A stretch of DNA of 63,221 nucleotides, filler included, from Sandaracinaceae bacterium (GTDB taxonomy: Bacteria; Myxococcota_A; Polyangia; Polyangiales; JADJQN01): the NCBI GenBank assembly GCA_947483975.1. It is 5 parts of 5 records of this genome, joined end to end, with 100 filler letters (N's around TTAATTAATTAA, not from the genome) between each part and the next. Parts side by side here need not be neighbours in the genome. Positions count along the whole stretch, not along the records: positions 12,692 to 25,278 come from CANKOL010000129.1; 4 more parts are not named here. One strand, given 5' to 3'. The stretch's first letter is position 1. Each line of letters opens with the position of its first letter. A program made the translations under genes and the position numbers. Of the stretch, positions 12,592 to 22,212 are shown piece after piece. Below the pieces are notes generated by a model. The model did no database searches and was not told where the DNA came from. It saw only the letters and a list, made by a program, of their open reading frames with translations.

Positions 12592-12691
12592 NNNNNNNNN
12601 NNNNNNNNNNNNNNNNNNNNNNNNNNNNNNNNNNNTTAATTAATTAANNNNNNNNNNNNNNNNNNNNNNNNNNNNNNNNNNNNNNNNNNNN
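12592..12691. other. Artificial contig linker
   Basis: N run + TTAATTAATTAA (stops in all six frames) + N run, 100 bp. Confidence 0.99.
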
Positions 12692-12950
12692 CCGTGAAGA
12701 TCGGCCACTCCGTCGTCGGCACATCGTGCAGCGCGGCCTGCGCGGCTTGCCGCGAGGCGACGCGCTCCCGGGCCCACGCTTCGATCTTCGGCGTGAGCGC
12801 CGCGTGCAGCTCGCGGGCGCGCGCCGGGATGCCGGGGCCTTGGAGCGCGGGATCGCGTAGGTCGCGCACGAGCAGGAGGCCCGGCCAGAGGAACGTCGGC
12901 AGAGTGAGCAAAGCCGCGAGAAACAGGAGCCAGCGAAGAGTGCGCGCCAT
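12692..12950 (-). CDS. 5' part of a membrane-anchored hypothetical protein
   Basis: GGAG RBS; MARTLRWLLFLAALL... TM helix; ends TEWPIFT at the contig edge. Confidence 0.6.
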
Positions 12951-13207
12951 CAGTCGTCTCCGTGCGAGGGGTACACGGCGGACTCTTCGCGGGGCGGTCG
13001 GCCGCCGCCTCACGCGTCGACTCGAGCGGTCGCGCGAGGGCGCTGAGCGGTCGCCGCGCGGACTGAGCGGTCACCGCTCGATGGCCTCGAGAGCCGCTCC
13101 GCACCGTCCGCGCCTGAGGCGGAGTCTCCACCTCCACGTGGACTCCCGCGCGCGCGAGGCAATCGGCCTCTCTTGCCCTCGTAAATCGGAGACTTATTGA
13201 TGTTGGC

Positions 13208-13681
13208 GTGAAACGAGACTCGAAATGGGCTGTCGCCCTGCTGTGCGTGAGTGTCGCGTTCACCTCTGTGGCGATGGCGCAGGTGCCCGCGCCTCCGGGC
13301 CCCGCGCCCGACCAGGGCCCTCCCTATCTGGTGTCCATCCTCGTCAAGGGGTTGCATATCGGAGGCCGCGTGTTCGGCGGCATCTACCGCGACGCCGAGC
13401 TCTGGACGGAAGAGGGCGGCGCCGTCTCGACCTGCTCGGTGCGGGTGCGCGCGCATCAGGCGATCTGCACGTTCTCCGTGCTGCGGCCGGGGCGCTACGC
13501 CGCAGCGTTCTTTCACGACTGGGACGGCGACGGCGTGATCGACAAGAACTTCCTCGGCATCCCCACCGAGGGATATGCGTTCTCGCGCGACGTCAGCGCG
13601 GTCTTCTCGGCGCCGGCCTTCGGGCGCGCGGCCTTCGACGTGCCGCTCCGGTCCGTCGTGTCTGCGACGATGCGTTATTGA
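13208..13681 (+). CDS. DUF2141 family secreted protein
   Basis: Signal peptide; PGRYAAAFFHDWDGDGVIDKNFLGIPTEGYAFS signature. Confidence 0.85.
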   Translation: MKRDSKWAVALLCVSVAFTSVAMAQVPAPPGPAPDQGPPYLVSILVKGLHIGGRVFGGIYRDAELWTEEGGAVSTCSVRVRAHQAICTFSVLRPGRYAAAFFHDWDGDGVIDKNFLGIPTEGYAFSRDVSAVFSAPAFGRAAFDVPLRSVVSATMRY

Positions 13682-13692
13682 CGGAGCCGGCC

Positions 13693-15357
13693 ATGGACGA
13701 ACCCTGGTGGAAGCAGACGACGACCTACCAGATCTACCCGCGCTCCTTTGCAGACTCGAACGGTGACGGCATCGGGGACCTGCGTGGCGTGATCGACAAG
13801 CTGGATTACCTGCAGTGGCTCGGGGTGGAGACGCTGTGGCTGTCTCCGTTCTTCGAGAGCCCGCAGGCGGACTTCGGCTACGACATCAGCGACCACTTCG
13901 CGATCGCTCCCGAGTACGGCACGCTCGCCGACGTCGCGGAGTTGCTGCGCGAGGTGCACGCCCGCGGGATGAAGGTCGTGCTCGACATGGTGCTGAACCA
14001 CACCTCCGCGCAGCACCCGTGGTTCTTGGCCTCGAGGCGCGACCGCGCCGACCCGAAGCGCGACTGGTATCTCTGGCGCGACGGCGCGAAGCCCAACGGC
14101 AAAGCGCCCCCGAACAACTGGCGCTCGATGCTCGGCGGCAGCGGTTGGCACTACGACGACGCGAGCGGACAGTGGTACTTCGCGAGCTTCCTCGGCTTTC
14201 AGCCGGACCTCAACTACCGCAATCCACAGGTGAAAGCGGCCATGCTCGACGTGGTGCGGCACTGGCTGCGGCAGGGCGTCGACGGGCTGCGACTCGACAT
14301 CTTCAACGCGCTCTTCAAGGACGAGTCGTTCCGCGACAACCCGTTCTCGTTCCGCGCGCTGCCGTCGGAGTCCAACCCGCACGGCTTCTTTCAGCGACAT
14401 CGGCACACGATCGATCACCCGGACACGCTCGCGTTCGCGCGGGAGTTGCGCTCCGTAGTCGACGAGTTCTCGGACCCGCCGCGCTTCCTCGTCGGCGAGG
14501 TGTTCGGCGACGCGGAGATGCTCCAACAGTACTGCGGCGAGGCGGCCGATGGACTGCACCTGGTGTTCCTCTTCGAGGCGCTGACGACGCGCTACTCAGG
14601 TCGCGCCGTGCGCGGGATGGTCGCCGGCTTCGAGCGCGCGTTCCCTGATCCCTTCACGCCGACCTATGTGTTCGGGAACCACGACCGCCCGCGGTTCGGC
14701 CATCGGCATGGCGGAGACCGCGAGAAGTCGAAGCTGCTCGCGACTCTGCAGCTCACCGCGCGGGGAGTGCCGTTCATCTACTACGGCGAAGAGCTCGGCA
14801 TGGAGAACCACGACATCCCGCTCCACGAGGGGCTCGACCCCGTCGCGGCGCGCTTTCGCGGAGTCCCGCAGGCGCTCGCGAGCTGGCTGCGCGGGCGCGG
14901 CATCTTGATGAACCGCGACGAGTGCCGCTCACCGATGCAGTGGGATGACGGACCGAACGCTGGCTTCACTGCCCCCGGGGTCGTGCCGTGGCTCCCCGTC
15001 GGGCACAACAGCGCGACCCTCAACGTCGCGACGGAGCAGCGCGACCCGGAGTCCCTGCTGCGCTGCTATCAGGGCCTCTTCGCCCTGCGGCGCGAGCAAC
15101 GCGCGCTGCGCTCCGGTGCGCTCGAGTGGCTCGAGGGAGCGCACGAGGACGTCGTCGCCTATCGGCGCACCTTCGAGGGCGAGCGCGTCGACGTCTTCCT
15201 CAATTTCTCGAGACGCCCGCGCACCGTCACGATCGAGGAGCATGAGCATCGCGTCGTCTTCAGCAACGTCCGCGGCGAGCGCCGAGACGCTACTGCGACG
15301 CGGACGCTGCTGCCTCACGAGGGCGTCATCGTGACGCGTCGCGCTGCGTTGTCGTGA
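13693..15357 (+). CDS. GH13 alpha-glucosidase / oligo-1,6-glucosidase
   Basis: WWK..YQIYPRSFADSNGDGIGDL, DMVLNH, GLRLD, VGEV, GNHD, RDECRSPMQW; GGAG RBS before ATG 13693. Confidence 0.93.
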   Translation: MDEPWWKQTTTYQIYPRSFADSNGDGIGDLRGVIDKLDYLQWLGVETLWLSPFFESPQADFGYDISDHFAIAPEYGTLADVAELLREVHARGMKVVLDMVLNHTSAQHPWFLASRRDRADPKRDWYLWRDGAKPNGKAPPNNWRSMLGGSGWHYDDASGQWYFASFLGFQPDLNYRNPQVKAAMLDVVRHWLRQGVDGLRLDIFNALFKDESFRDNPFSFRALPSESNPHGFFQRHRHTIDHPDTLAFARELRSVVDEFSDPPRFLVGEVFGDAEMLQQYCGEAADGLHLVFLFEALTTRYSGRAVRGMVAGFERAFPDPFTPTYVFGNHDRPRFGHRHGGDREKSKLLATLQLTARGVPFIYYGEELGMENHDIPLHEGLDPVAARFRGVPQALASWLRGRGILMNRDECRSPMQWDDGPNAGFTAPGVVPWLPVGHNSATLNVATEQRDPESLLRCYQGLFALRREQRALRSGALEWLEGAHEDVVAYRRTFEGERVDVFLNFSRRPRTVTIEEHEHRVVFSNVRGERRDATATRTLLPHEGVIVTRRAALS

Positions 15358-16183
15358 CCGACTTGGTGTTGGAGCCGAGCGCGAACGACACGACGTGGTC
15401 GAAGGTCCAGTCTTCCATCTCGTGAAGTTCGGTCTTCAGCGGCGTCGACGCCTCGGGGTGGAGGTCGAAGTAGGTCTTCCACCACGCCGCCGAGCCTCCG
15501 GTCAGGGTCGTCGTCGCCTGCCAGGGCTTCTGCAGCAGGTAGTGGATGATCTTGACGTCCCGCTCGAGCGTGGCGTGCAGCGTCTCGTGCGCGCGCAGAA
15601 ACTGGTAGATGAATGAGGCCATGTTGTAGCCGACCGGCAGTCGATGCTCGACCGGCAGCGAGTACCACTCGGAGTAGAAGGCGTTGAGAAAGCCCTGGTC
15701 GCCGCCGTCGTACGTCGGATGTTCGGAGAGCGCCCTCATCATCCGCGCGAACGTCTGTGCCGAGGGCTCGAGGACCATCACTCCTGAGTTGAAGTGGTCC
15801 GGCAGGAGGAAGTCCGGTCCCGCAGCAAATCCGGTGCGCTCGAACAGATCGTCGACGTTCTGGAGCACCAGCGTGTCGGCATCGAGCAGCACGACGCGGT
15901 CGAAGTCCACCAACTCCCACGCTCGGAGCTTCGTGAACACGTTGGCAAACCGCGGGAAGAGCAGCGTGTCCTGCGTCGGGTTGCCGATGGACTCCACCTC
16001 CCGCAGTCGCCAGCCCTGGTCGAACAAGCAGCGGCGCGCCCGCGCGCTGACGTCGCGCGTGACCATGGCCAGTCGCGTCTGGGTGCTGCCGCTCGCGACC
16101 AGCGACTTGCCGAGCACCTCGACCCCGGGCAGGTAGCCGTCACCGCCGCAGAACGCCGTGACATAGGCGGTCTTCATCGCCAT
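15326..16183 (-). CDS. Glycosyltransferase family 8, glycogenin-like
   Basis: AYVT, TKLRAW, LDADTLVLQNVDDLF, FNSGVMVLEPS, DGGDQGFLN, LPVGYN, IIHY..QKPW. Confidence 0.9.
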   Translation of the reverse strand: MAMKTAYVTAFCGGDGYLPGVEVLGKSLVASGSTQTRLAMVTRDVSARARRCLFDQGWRLREVESIGNPTQDTLLFPRFANVFTKLRAWELVDFDRVVLLDADTLVLQNVDDLFERTGFAAGPDFLLPDHFNSGVMVLEPSAQTFARMMRALSEHPTYDGGDQGFLNAFYSEWYSLPVEHRLPVGYNMASFIYQFLRAHETLHATLERDVKIIHYLLQKPWQATTTLTGGSAAWWKTYFDLHPEASTPLKTELHEMEDWTFDHVVSFALGSNTKSVTTTQRDASR

Positions 16184-16645
16184 ACCCCACCGCCCAATCC
16201 GTCGGCACGCTGGCGGCGCGGGGCCTCGGTCTGCGAACCGGCGCGGGGCCTCGGTCCGCCGGACGCCGGACGCGCTGTTTGGGCCTTCGAGTCAACCCGT
16301 CTCATGGATTCCCCCTTCTGCGCGACGTGCCATGTTCGACCGCGACCGAGCACGCCTCGCGGAGGACCGCGACGATGGCGCCAGAGTGTCTACTGTTCGA
16401 CCCCGTGCGACGCTCGGTATCCGGGAGAATGGGTATTCGTCTCGCCGAAGTCGGGGGTATTGGCCAGGCGCCATCGCGTAGCGCGCCGCAGCACGACGCG
16501 AGGAGAAGGCAGACCGCGCGCCGCGCGGAGCACGCAGAGAGTCCGTGCGTGAAATCGCGCGAGCGGCGCCTATGTAGTGATTGCGCGCGGGGGCGTTCGC
16601 GGGGGGCGATCGGCCGACGGTCGTTGATTTCAACAGGAGGCGGTC

Positions 16646-17065
16646 ATGCGAGCAATCGACATCATGAGCGACAAGGTCACGACCATTCGCGCGACGCAGA
16701 GCCTCGCCGACGCGATCGACGCCCTGTCCGAGACGAACACTCGACACCTCCCGGTGCTCGGCGACGCCGGGCAGGTCGTCGGGATGGTCAGCGACCGCGA
16801 TCTCCGCTCGCTCGGCCTGGTGCGCACTCCGGACCTGCAGACCCTCGGGCGGTTGCATGACCGACTCCGCACGGCGGTCTCGTCCGCGATGAGCGCCGAC
16901 GTCGCGACCGTCGGCCCTCAAACGGACGTGAAGGAGCTGATCGACACGATGCTCGAGGCCGGCGTCGGCGCCGTGCCGGTGGTCGACGACGTCACCGACG
17001 AGCTCGTCGGGATCGTCAGCTACGTCGACGTGCTCCGCGCGCTGCGCGACGCCGGCGAGGCCTGA
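16646..17065 (+). CDS. CBS domain pair protein
   Basis: AGGAGG RBS; RHLPV...GMVSDRDL and GAVPVVD...GIVSYVDVL. Confidence 0.9.
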   Translation: MRAIDIMSDKVTTIRATQSLADAIDALSETNTRHLPVLGDAGQVVGMVSDRDLRSLGLVRTPDLQTLGRLHDRLRTAVSSAMSADVATVGPQTDVKELIDTMLEAGVGAVPVVDDVTDELVGIVSYVDVLRALRDAGEA

Positions 17066-17210
17066 GGCCTGGGTGAGCCGAGGCTGAGCGGCCGTCGTGG
17101 CGCCTCCGCTCGGGCGGCGCGCGAGGCGGTCAGCGGGTCCCGGCGTCACTCGACACTCGGACGGTCGTGCGTACGTGTGTTAGGCGTCCGCGAGGCGCGC
17201 TTGGGGGGAT

Positions 17211-18470
17211 ATGCGTAAGATCTCGATGGTGCTCGTGGGAGGGCTCTTGTTCTCGCTGGTGGGCTGTGTCGTCGAGGCGCGTCGACTCGCGCTCTGCGAC
17301 ACGGTCGACGGCTGCGAGAGCGGCGAGGTCTGCGACTACCCGCAGGGGGACGCCTGCGGACACCAGGGGTCGTTCGGCCTCTGTCTGCCGCGCCCCGAGG
17401 TCTGCCCCGCCTACGCGGCGCCTACCTGCGGCTGTGACGGGGTCACCTACGCGAACCCGTGCCTCGCGCAGGCCTCGGGAGTCGACGTCGCCCGCGCCGG
17501 AGCGTGCGACGACCCCTGCGTCGAGAGCGACGCTCACGCGGTCGGCTTCTGTCGCCTGTTGCTCGGCTACTATTGGGACGGCGGCGCCTGCTACGGCTTG
17601 TCGGGTTGCCGCTGCGTCGGGATCGACTGCGCGGCAGGTTTCGCGACGCGAGAGGCCTGCGAGACTGCCCACATGAGCTGCGCGCTGCCGGGCGCGTGCG
17701 GGGCCGCTGCGCCTTGCGGCGCTGCCGAGTGGTGTGACTTCGAGGAGAGCCCCACCTGTGGCGGCAGCGGCGTGTGTCGCCCGGTGCCGGAGGCGTGTCC
17801 GCCGGTGATCGCGCCGGTCTGCGGCTGCGACGGCGAGACGTACGCGAGCTCGTGCGACGCGAACGTCGGCGGCGCGGACGTCGCCTACGCGGGCGAGTGC
17901 AGCTCCGTGCGCGTCTGCGCCGGTATCGCGGGCCTCGCGTGCCTGGCCAACGAGTGGTGTGACTACCCTTCGGAGGCCGTCTGCGGTCTCGCGGACCAGT
18001 TGGGGTTCTGTCGGACTCGACCGGAGGCGTGCATCGCGCTCTACGCTCCGGTCTGTGGCTGCGATGGGACGACCTATGGCAACGAGTGCACGGCGAACGC
18101 GATGGGCGTCGACATCGCACACTCCGGGGCTTGTGGCGTGGATGCCCGCTGCGGGGCAGGCGAGGGGACCTGCGCGGCGAGCGAGTGGTGTGACCTCGCG
18201 GTCGGGGCGGAGTGCGCGAGCGCGGGCGAGTGTCGGCCGGGCCCGATGGCGTGTCCTGAGTACTATTCGCCGGTCTGCGGCTGCGACGGCGTGACGTACG
18301 ACAATCCGTGCTTCGCGCAGGGAGCGGGCACCGACGCCGCCTACGAGGGAGTGTGCGCGACTCCCGCAGACTGTCGCACGCTCGGCTGCGCGGGGACGGA
18401 CCACTGCTTGTCATGTCTGACCGCCACCGGAGTGGACTGGGTTTGTATGCCGGAAGGGGACTTCTGCTGA
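17211..18470 (+). CDS. Multi-Kazal-domain Cys-rich lipoprotein
   Basis: Lipobox LVGC; four P(V/T)CGCDGxTYxxxC units and one YYWDGxxC...F.TREAC Kunitz-like unit. Confidence 0.85.
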   Translation: MRKISMVLVGGLLFSLVGCVVEARRLALCDTVDGCESGEVCDYPQGDACGHQGSFGLCLPRPEVCPAYAAPTCGCDGVTYANPCLAQASGVDVARAGACDDPCVESDAHAVGFCRLLLGYYWDGGACYGLSGCRCVGIDCAAGFATREACETAHMSCALPGACGAAAPCGAAEWCDFEESPTCGGSGVCRPVPEACPPVIAPVCGCDGETYASSCDANVGGADVAYAGECSSVRVCAGIAGLACLANEWCDYPSEAVCGLADQLGFCRTRPEACIALYAPVCGCDGTTYGNECTANAMGVDIAHSGACGVDARCGAGEGTCAASEWCDLAVGAECASAGECRPGPMACPEYYSPVCGCDGVTYDNPCFAQGAGTDAAYEGVCATPADCRTLGCAGTDHCLSCLTATGVDWVCMPEGDFC

Positions 18471-18591
18471 CGGCGCGGTCGAGGGGTTCTCCGCGCCGAC
18501 GCTGTGCCGTGAGTGACTGTGAACAGCCGCTGGTGCCGGGCGAAGGTGGGCGTCAGCGCCTGCCGAGCCGTACCCACAAGTCGACAGGGGG

Positions 18592-18948
18592 ATGAACATG
18601 AGTGCTCCGACGACAGACGCGAAGACCAACGGGAAGGCCGACGGGAAGGCGGACACCACGGCCTACACGGCGGCCGAGATGGGGCCGTTCTGCCAGAGTT
18701 GCGGGATGCCGCTGCACAAGCCCGAGGACTTCGGCACCAGCGCGGAGGGCTTTCGCGTCAACGACTACTGCAGCTTCTGCTTCGGTGATGGGGTGTTCAC
18801 CGAGCCGTCCCTGACGATGCGGCAGATGATGGAGAAGTGCGTGCCCTTCATGGCCGAGGCGGGCATACCCGAGGTGCAGGCGCGCGGCCTGATGGAGGCG
18901 ATCATGCCGAAACTCAAGCGCTGGCGCGGGCCGTCCACGGCGCCTTGA
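18592..18948 (+). CDS. Zinc-ribbon domain protein (Zn_ribbon_2-like)
   Basis: FCQSCGMPL...DYCSFCF.DG.F...PKLKRW. Confidence 0.85.
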   Translation: MNMSAPTTDAKTNGKADGKADTTAYTAAEMGPFCQSCGMPLHKPEDFGTSAEGFRVNDYCSFCFGDGVFTEPSLTMRQMMEKCVPFMAEAGIPEVQARGLMEAIMPKLKRWRGPSTAP

Positions 18949-19020
18949 GGTGGCATTCGGCTGCGCGTCGACTGTGCGTAGTTGGCCAGTCGATGCGCCG
19001 TGAGCGGCGGTACAGAGAGC

Positions 19021-19677
19021 TCAACTGCTCGCGCGCTTCGGGTATCCGACCGTCTGTGCGAGCAGGACCTGCTCGTCGTGGCCCAGACCGAGCGCTGTGG
19101 CCAGCGCCTCGCGGTCGAGCCAAGCGCGGATGACGGTCGAGAGCCCAGCGGATGCGCAGTAGAGATACACGTTCTGCGCGATGGCGCCCGCGCTCGCCGC
19201 CGCAAAGAGCTGCCGCTGCGCCACCGGCACCATCCCGAGCCGGGCGTGGTCGGCGACGAGCACCAGGTCGAGGGGAGCGCCGTCGACGAAGTCTTGATAG
19301 CCAGTGACGCGGCGGATGTCGTGGGAGACCACGAGGTCGAGTCGATGCTGCTCGGGGTCGTAGCGATAGGCCCCTTCGGGCAGCGCGACGTAGACGCGGA
19401 CCTCCTGCGCGTCGAGCGCGGAGGGCGCGGTGCGCCCGTGGGAATCGGGACGATTCACGCCGAAGGCCGCCCAGAGCAGGTTGGAGAGCACGTTCTCCGG
19501 CAGCGCATCGGGGCGGAAGTCGCGCTCTGAGCGGCGCTCGCGGAGCGCGTCCATGAGGGGCATTCCGCCCTCCGTCGCGGGAGTCGGTAGCTGGATGGTC
19601 TTCGTGGCGGGCCCGCGGGGAGGCGCGGGCCGGAGCTTCCCCATCAAGCCGAGTGCGAGCTTGGTCAAAGTGCGCAT
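19021..19677 (-). CDS. Nitroreductase family (SagB/ThcOx-like subgroup) flavoprotein
   Basis: RRSERDF, LSNLLWAAFG, RTAPSA, GAIAQNVYL, QTVGYP. Confidence 0.88.
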   Translation of the reverse strand: MRTLTKLALGLMGKLRPAPPRGPATKTIQLPTPATEGGMPLMDALRERRSERDFRPDALPENVLSNLLWAAFGVNRPDSHGRTAPSALDAQEVRVYVALPEGAYRYDPEQHRLDLVVSHDIRRVTGYQDFVDGAPLDLVLVADHARLGMVPVAQRQLFAAASAGAIAQNVYLYCASAGLSTVIRAWLDREALATALGLGHDEQVLLAQTVGYPKRASS

Positions 19678-19718
19678 GGTGATGACGACCTACGCACAAC
19701 TCCCATTCGCGCCAACGC

Positions 19719-20447
19719 TCAGAGGCCGAGTCGCTGTCGCAGGCGGCGCGCCTCTTGTCGGGAGACGGGCACTTCTTCGCCGCGCCGCGTGAGGGCGACA
19801 TAGCCGCCCGTCGGCAGGGGGCGCAGGCGCTCGACGTGCGCGAGGTTGAGGAGCGCGCGCCGGTGCACGCGCAGAAAGTCCGCGCCTGCGAGCCGGGACT
19901 CGAGCTCTTGCAGGCTGAGGTCGGTCCACACGAGCTCTTCGCCGACGCGGAGTCGCACGAGCTCGCCCTCGAGCATCGCGTGCTCGAGCTCAGCGTGCGC
20001 GAAGAGCCGGACCTCGCCGCGCACCGTGACGGCCAGGCGCCCGAGGGGAGGCGCAGCGTGCGGCGGGCTCCCTCGTTCGGTCCGCGTGACGCGCGCCCTC
20101 GCGCGCTCGATCGCCAGCGCAAGGCGGTCGGCGTCGACCGGCTTGAGGACGTAGTCGACGACGCCATGCGCGTAGGCGCTCACCGCGTGCTCGGCGTGCG
20201 CCGTCGCGAAGATCACCTCGACGCCGAGGTCGGCTGCCGCCGCGGAGACGTCGAGCCCCGTCAGCCCGGGCATCTGCACGTCGAGCACGGCGACGTCGAC
20301 CTCGAGCGTCTCGAGCGCCGAGAGCGCCGCGTCGCCCGACGCGCACTCGGCGACGACCTCCACGTCCGGCAGCGCGGCGAGCAGCCGCCGCAGGCGCTTG
20401 CGGGCCATCTCCTCGTCGTCTGCGAAGAGCACGCGCAGCTTGCTCAT
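19719..20447 (-). CDS. LytTR family response regulator
   Basis: ADDE, LDVQMPG, FATA, DYVLKP receiver; FLRVHRRALLN and VPVSR LytTR domain. Confidence 0.93.
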   Translation of the reverse strand: MSKLRVLFADDEEMARKRLRRLLAALPDVEVVAECASGDAALSALETLEVDVAVLDVQMPGLTGLDVSAAAADLGVEVIFATAHAEHAVSAYAHGVVDYVLKPVDADRLALAIERARARVTRTERGSPPHAAPPLGRLAVTVRGEVRLFAHAELEHAMLEGELVRLRVGEELVWTDLSLQELESRLAGADFLRVHRRALLNLAHVERLRPLPTGGYVALTRRGEEVPVSRQEARRLRQRLGL

Positions 20448-21499
20448 CGCGCGGCCTCCGGGCGCGCGCGCGGCAGGCGCACGGCGACGCACGTCGTGTC
20501 GTCAGTCGAGTCGATCGTCAGGCGCACGGCAGCACCGTACGCGAGCGCGAGGCGCCGCTCCACGCTGCGCAGTCCCTCGCCGCCCTCGCGTGGCCCGCCG
20601 AAAGCGCCCGGATTGTGGACCTCGACGAGCGTCTGCGTCGGCTGCGCGGCGATGCGCAGCGTGACCGGCCCGGTGTGCCCCGCCGCCGGACCATGCTTGA
20701 CCGCGTTCTCGAACAGCGGCAGCAGCAGCAGCGGCGGCACCTCGCGCGCTGTGTCGGCGGCGTCGACGTCGAAGTGAAACGCATATCGCGTCGCGTCGCG
20801 CGCGGCGTAGAGCGCGGCGAGCTGCCGGAGCAGAGCGACCTCTCGCGCGAGGGACCAGCCCGGCGTGCGCAGCGCGTCGAAGACCGAGCGAAGCAGCGCG
20901 GCGAGGTCGAGCGTCGCGCGCTCGGCGACGACGGGATCTTCGCGGCACCACTCGGCGATCGCGTTGAGCGTGTTGAAGAGAAAGTGCGGATCGAGCTGCG
21001 CGCGGAGCGCGAGGATCTGCGCCTGCTCTGCGTCGATCGCGAGCCGCTCCGCGCGCGCTCGCTCGCGCACCACGCCCGCCTCGAGCTCGATGTCGCGCCC
21101 GAGCCCCCAGCCGCCGACGAGAAAGAGCACGACGAGCACGCCGAGCGAGCGCGGCTCGCTCAGGTACGTCCAGCGCACGCCGAGCACGGGCGGCAACAGC
21201 ACCGCGAGCGCGCCGACGATCAGCGCCGCCGCGAGCGAGTAGAGCGTCCACGCGCCGACGTGCGCCGCGAGCGAGCGTGGGTCCTCTGCGAAGAGCGCGC
21301 GCCACAGGGCGGGCGCCGACGCGCAGAACGCGGCGAGCAGCACGGCGTCGAGGAACACCGCGACGAGCGACGCGCTCGCGAGCCACTCCGCCGAGAGCAG
21401 CGACAGCCCGACGAGCGCGAGCGGCACGGCGCGCCGCGGGGCGACGAGCGCGCGGAGCGTCGGCGTGAACAGCGCCGACGCGCGGGGCGGGGAGGGCAT
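20444..21499 (-). CDS. LytS-type sensor histidine kinase
   Basis: N-terminal TM helices; AQLDPHFLFNTLN, LFENAVKHG, GEGLRSVERRL; stop overlaps the regulator start. Confidence 0.92.
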   Translation of the reverse strand: MPSPPRASALFTPTLRALVAPRRAVPLALVGLSLLSAEWLASASLVAVFLDAVLLAAFCASAPALWRALFAEDPRSLAAHVGAWTLYSLAAALIVGALAVLLPPVLGVRWTYLSEPRSLGVLVVLFLVGGWGLGRDIELEAGVVRERARAERLAIDAEQAQILALRAQLDPHFLFNTLNAIAEWCREDPVVAERATLDLAALLRSVFDALRTPGWSLAREVALLRQLAALYAARDATRYAFHFDVDAADTAREVPPLLLLPLFENAVKHGPAAGHTGPVTLRIAAQPTQTLVEVHNPGAFGGPREGGEGLRSVERRLALAYGAAVRLTIDSTDDTTCVAVRLPRARPEAAR

Positions 21500-21550
21500 T
21501 CGGCAGAGCGTACGACGCTGAGCACGATCCGGGGATGGGCTCAGCGGCGG

Positions 21551-21639
21551 GGAAGCGTCGCGCGTGCGGAGCGCCGCGCCCTGGAGCGTCGAAGAGGCGC
21601 GAGGCTTCCCGGAAGCGTCGCGCGTGCGGAGCGCCGCGC
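21551..21639. repeat. 29-bp direct repeat, two copies
   Basis: GGAAGCGTCGCGCGTGCGGAGCGCCGCGC at 21551-21579 and 21611-21639. Confidence 0.9.
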
Positions 21640-21660
21640 GCGATGGCTGCGGCGGACGGC

Positions 21661-22212
21661 TTATGCAGCGACTTGGACGCGGGGAAACACGAGGGTTCCG
21701 AGCTGCGTCCAAGCCAGCGTCAGGACCACCACCGCGAGGATCGACGGGCTCCGGAGCAGCGACCCGTCGCGCACGAGGAAGAACGGCAGCCAGAGAAGCC
21801 CGGCAGCCGGCGCGAGTCTGATGCCGCGGTCCTTGAGTGCAGCGGCAGCGCCGGCGCTGAGGCACGCGAACACCGTGCCGAGGACGAACGCCTCCTGCGG
21901 TACCTCGCCAGCGATATGCACCGGGAGCGCCATCGCGATCACGACGAGCGCGAGCCACGACCCGAAGGCCGCGGCGAGCCCATCGCGGAGCCCACCGCGA
22001 ATCGCGGCGATCATCGGTATCGCGAGCATGAAAGGCGCGATGATCGGCTCATCGAGCGTCACCTGGTCGAGCATCAAGCGCTGAACGATGGCGAGCGCCA
22101 GCGTGGTGCCGATGGCCGCGAGGTCCACAGGCGTGAGGCGCGGACGGTCGATGCCACGAGCCGCGAGGAACGCGAGCACCAAGAGAAACGCCCAAGGCTG
22201 AAGCATGTTCAT
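21661..22212 (-). CDS. Hypothetical integral membrane protein
   Basis: Multiple hydrophobic helices; ATGA overlap with the upstream gene stop. Confidence 0.7.
   Translation of the reverse strand: MNMLQPWAFLLVLAFLAARGIDRPRLTPVDLAAIGTTLALAIVQRLMLDQVTLDEPIIAPFMLAIPMIAAIRGGLRDGLAAAFGSWLALVVIAMALPVHIAGEVPQEAFVLGTVFACLSAGAAAALKDRGIRLAPAAGLLWLPFFLVRDGSLLRSPSILAVVVLTLAWTQLGTLVFPRVQVAA

Noticed and set aside
12592..12691. TTAATTAATTAA palindromes here and at the three other gaps
   Set aside because: Artificial six-frame-stop linkers; ORFs ending in X runs and gene adjacency across gaps are artefacts
13225..13692. Long N-terminal extensions in the ORF track (GH13 from 13225, had from 50902, oah from 52926, AKR from 40539) as domain fusions
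   Set aside because: The extensions are Arg/Ala-rich read-through over other genes; true starts with RBS or family N-termini lie downstream
16623..16634. GTTGATTTCAAC upstream of the CBS gene as an FNR box
   Set aside because: Half-site spacing is too short for TTGAT-N4-ATCAA; it may bind another regulator but this is unsupported
19021..19677. SagB-like nitroreductase as an azole RiPP oxidase
   Set aside because: No YcaO cyclodehydratase or precursor nearby; stand-alone members are common
21551..21639. 29-bp repeat with 31-bp spacer as a mini CRISPR array
   Set aside because: Only two copies, no cas genes, no AT-rich leader and no typical repeat terminus
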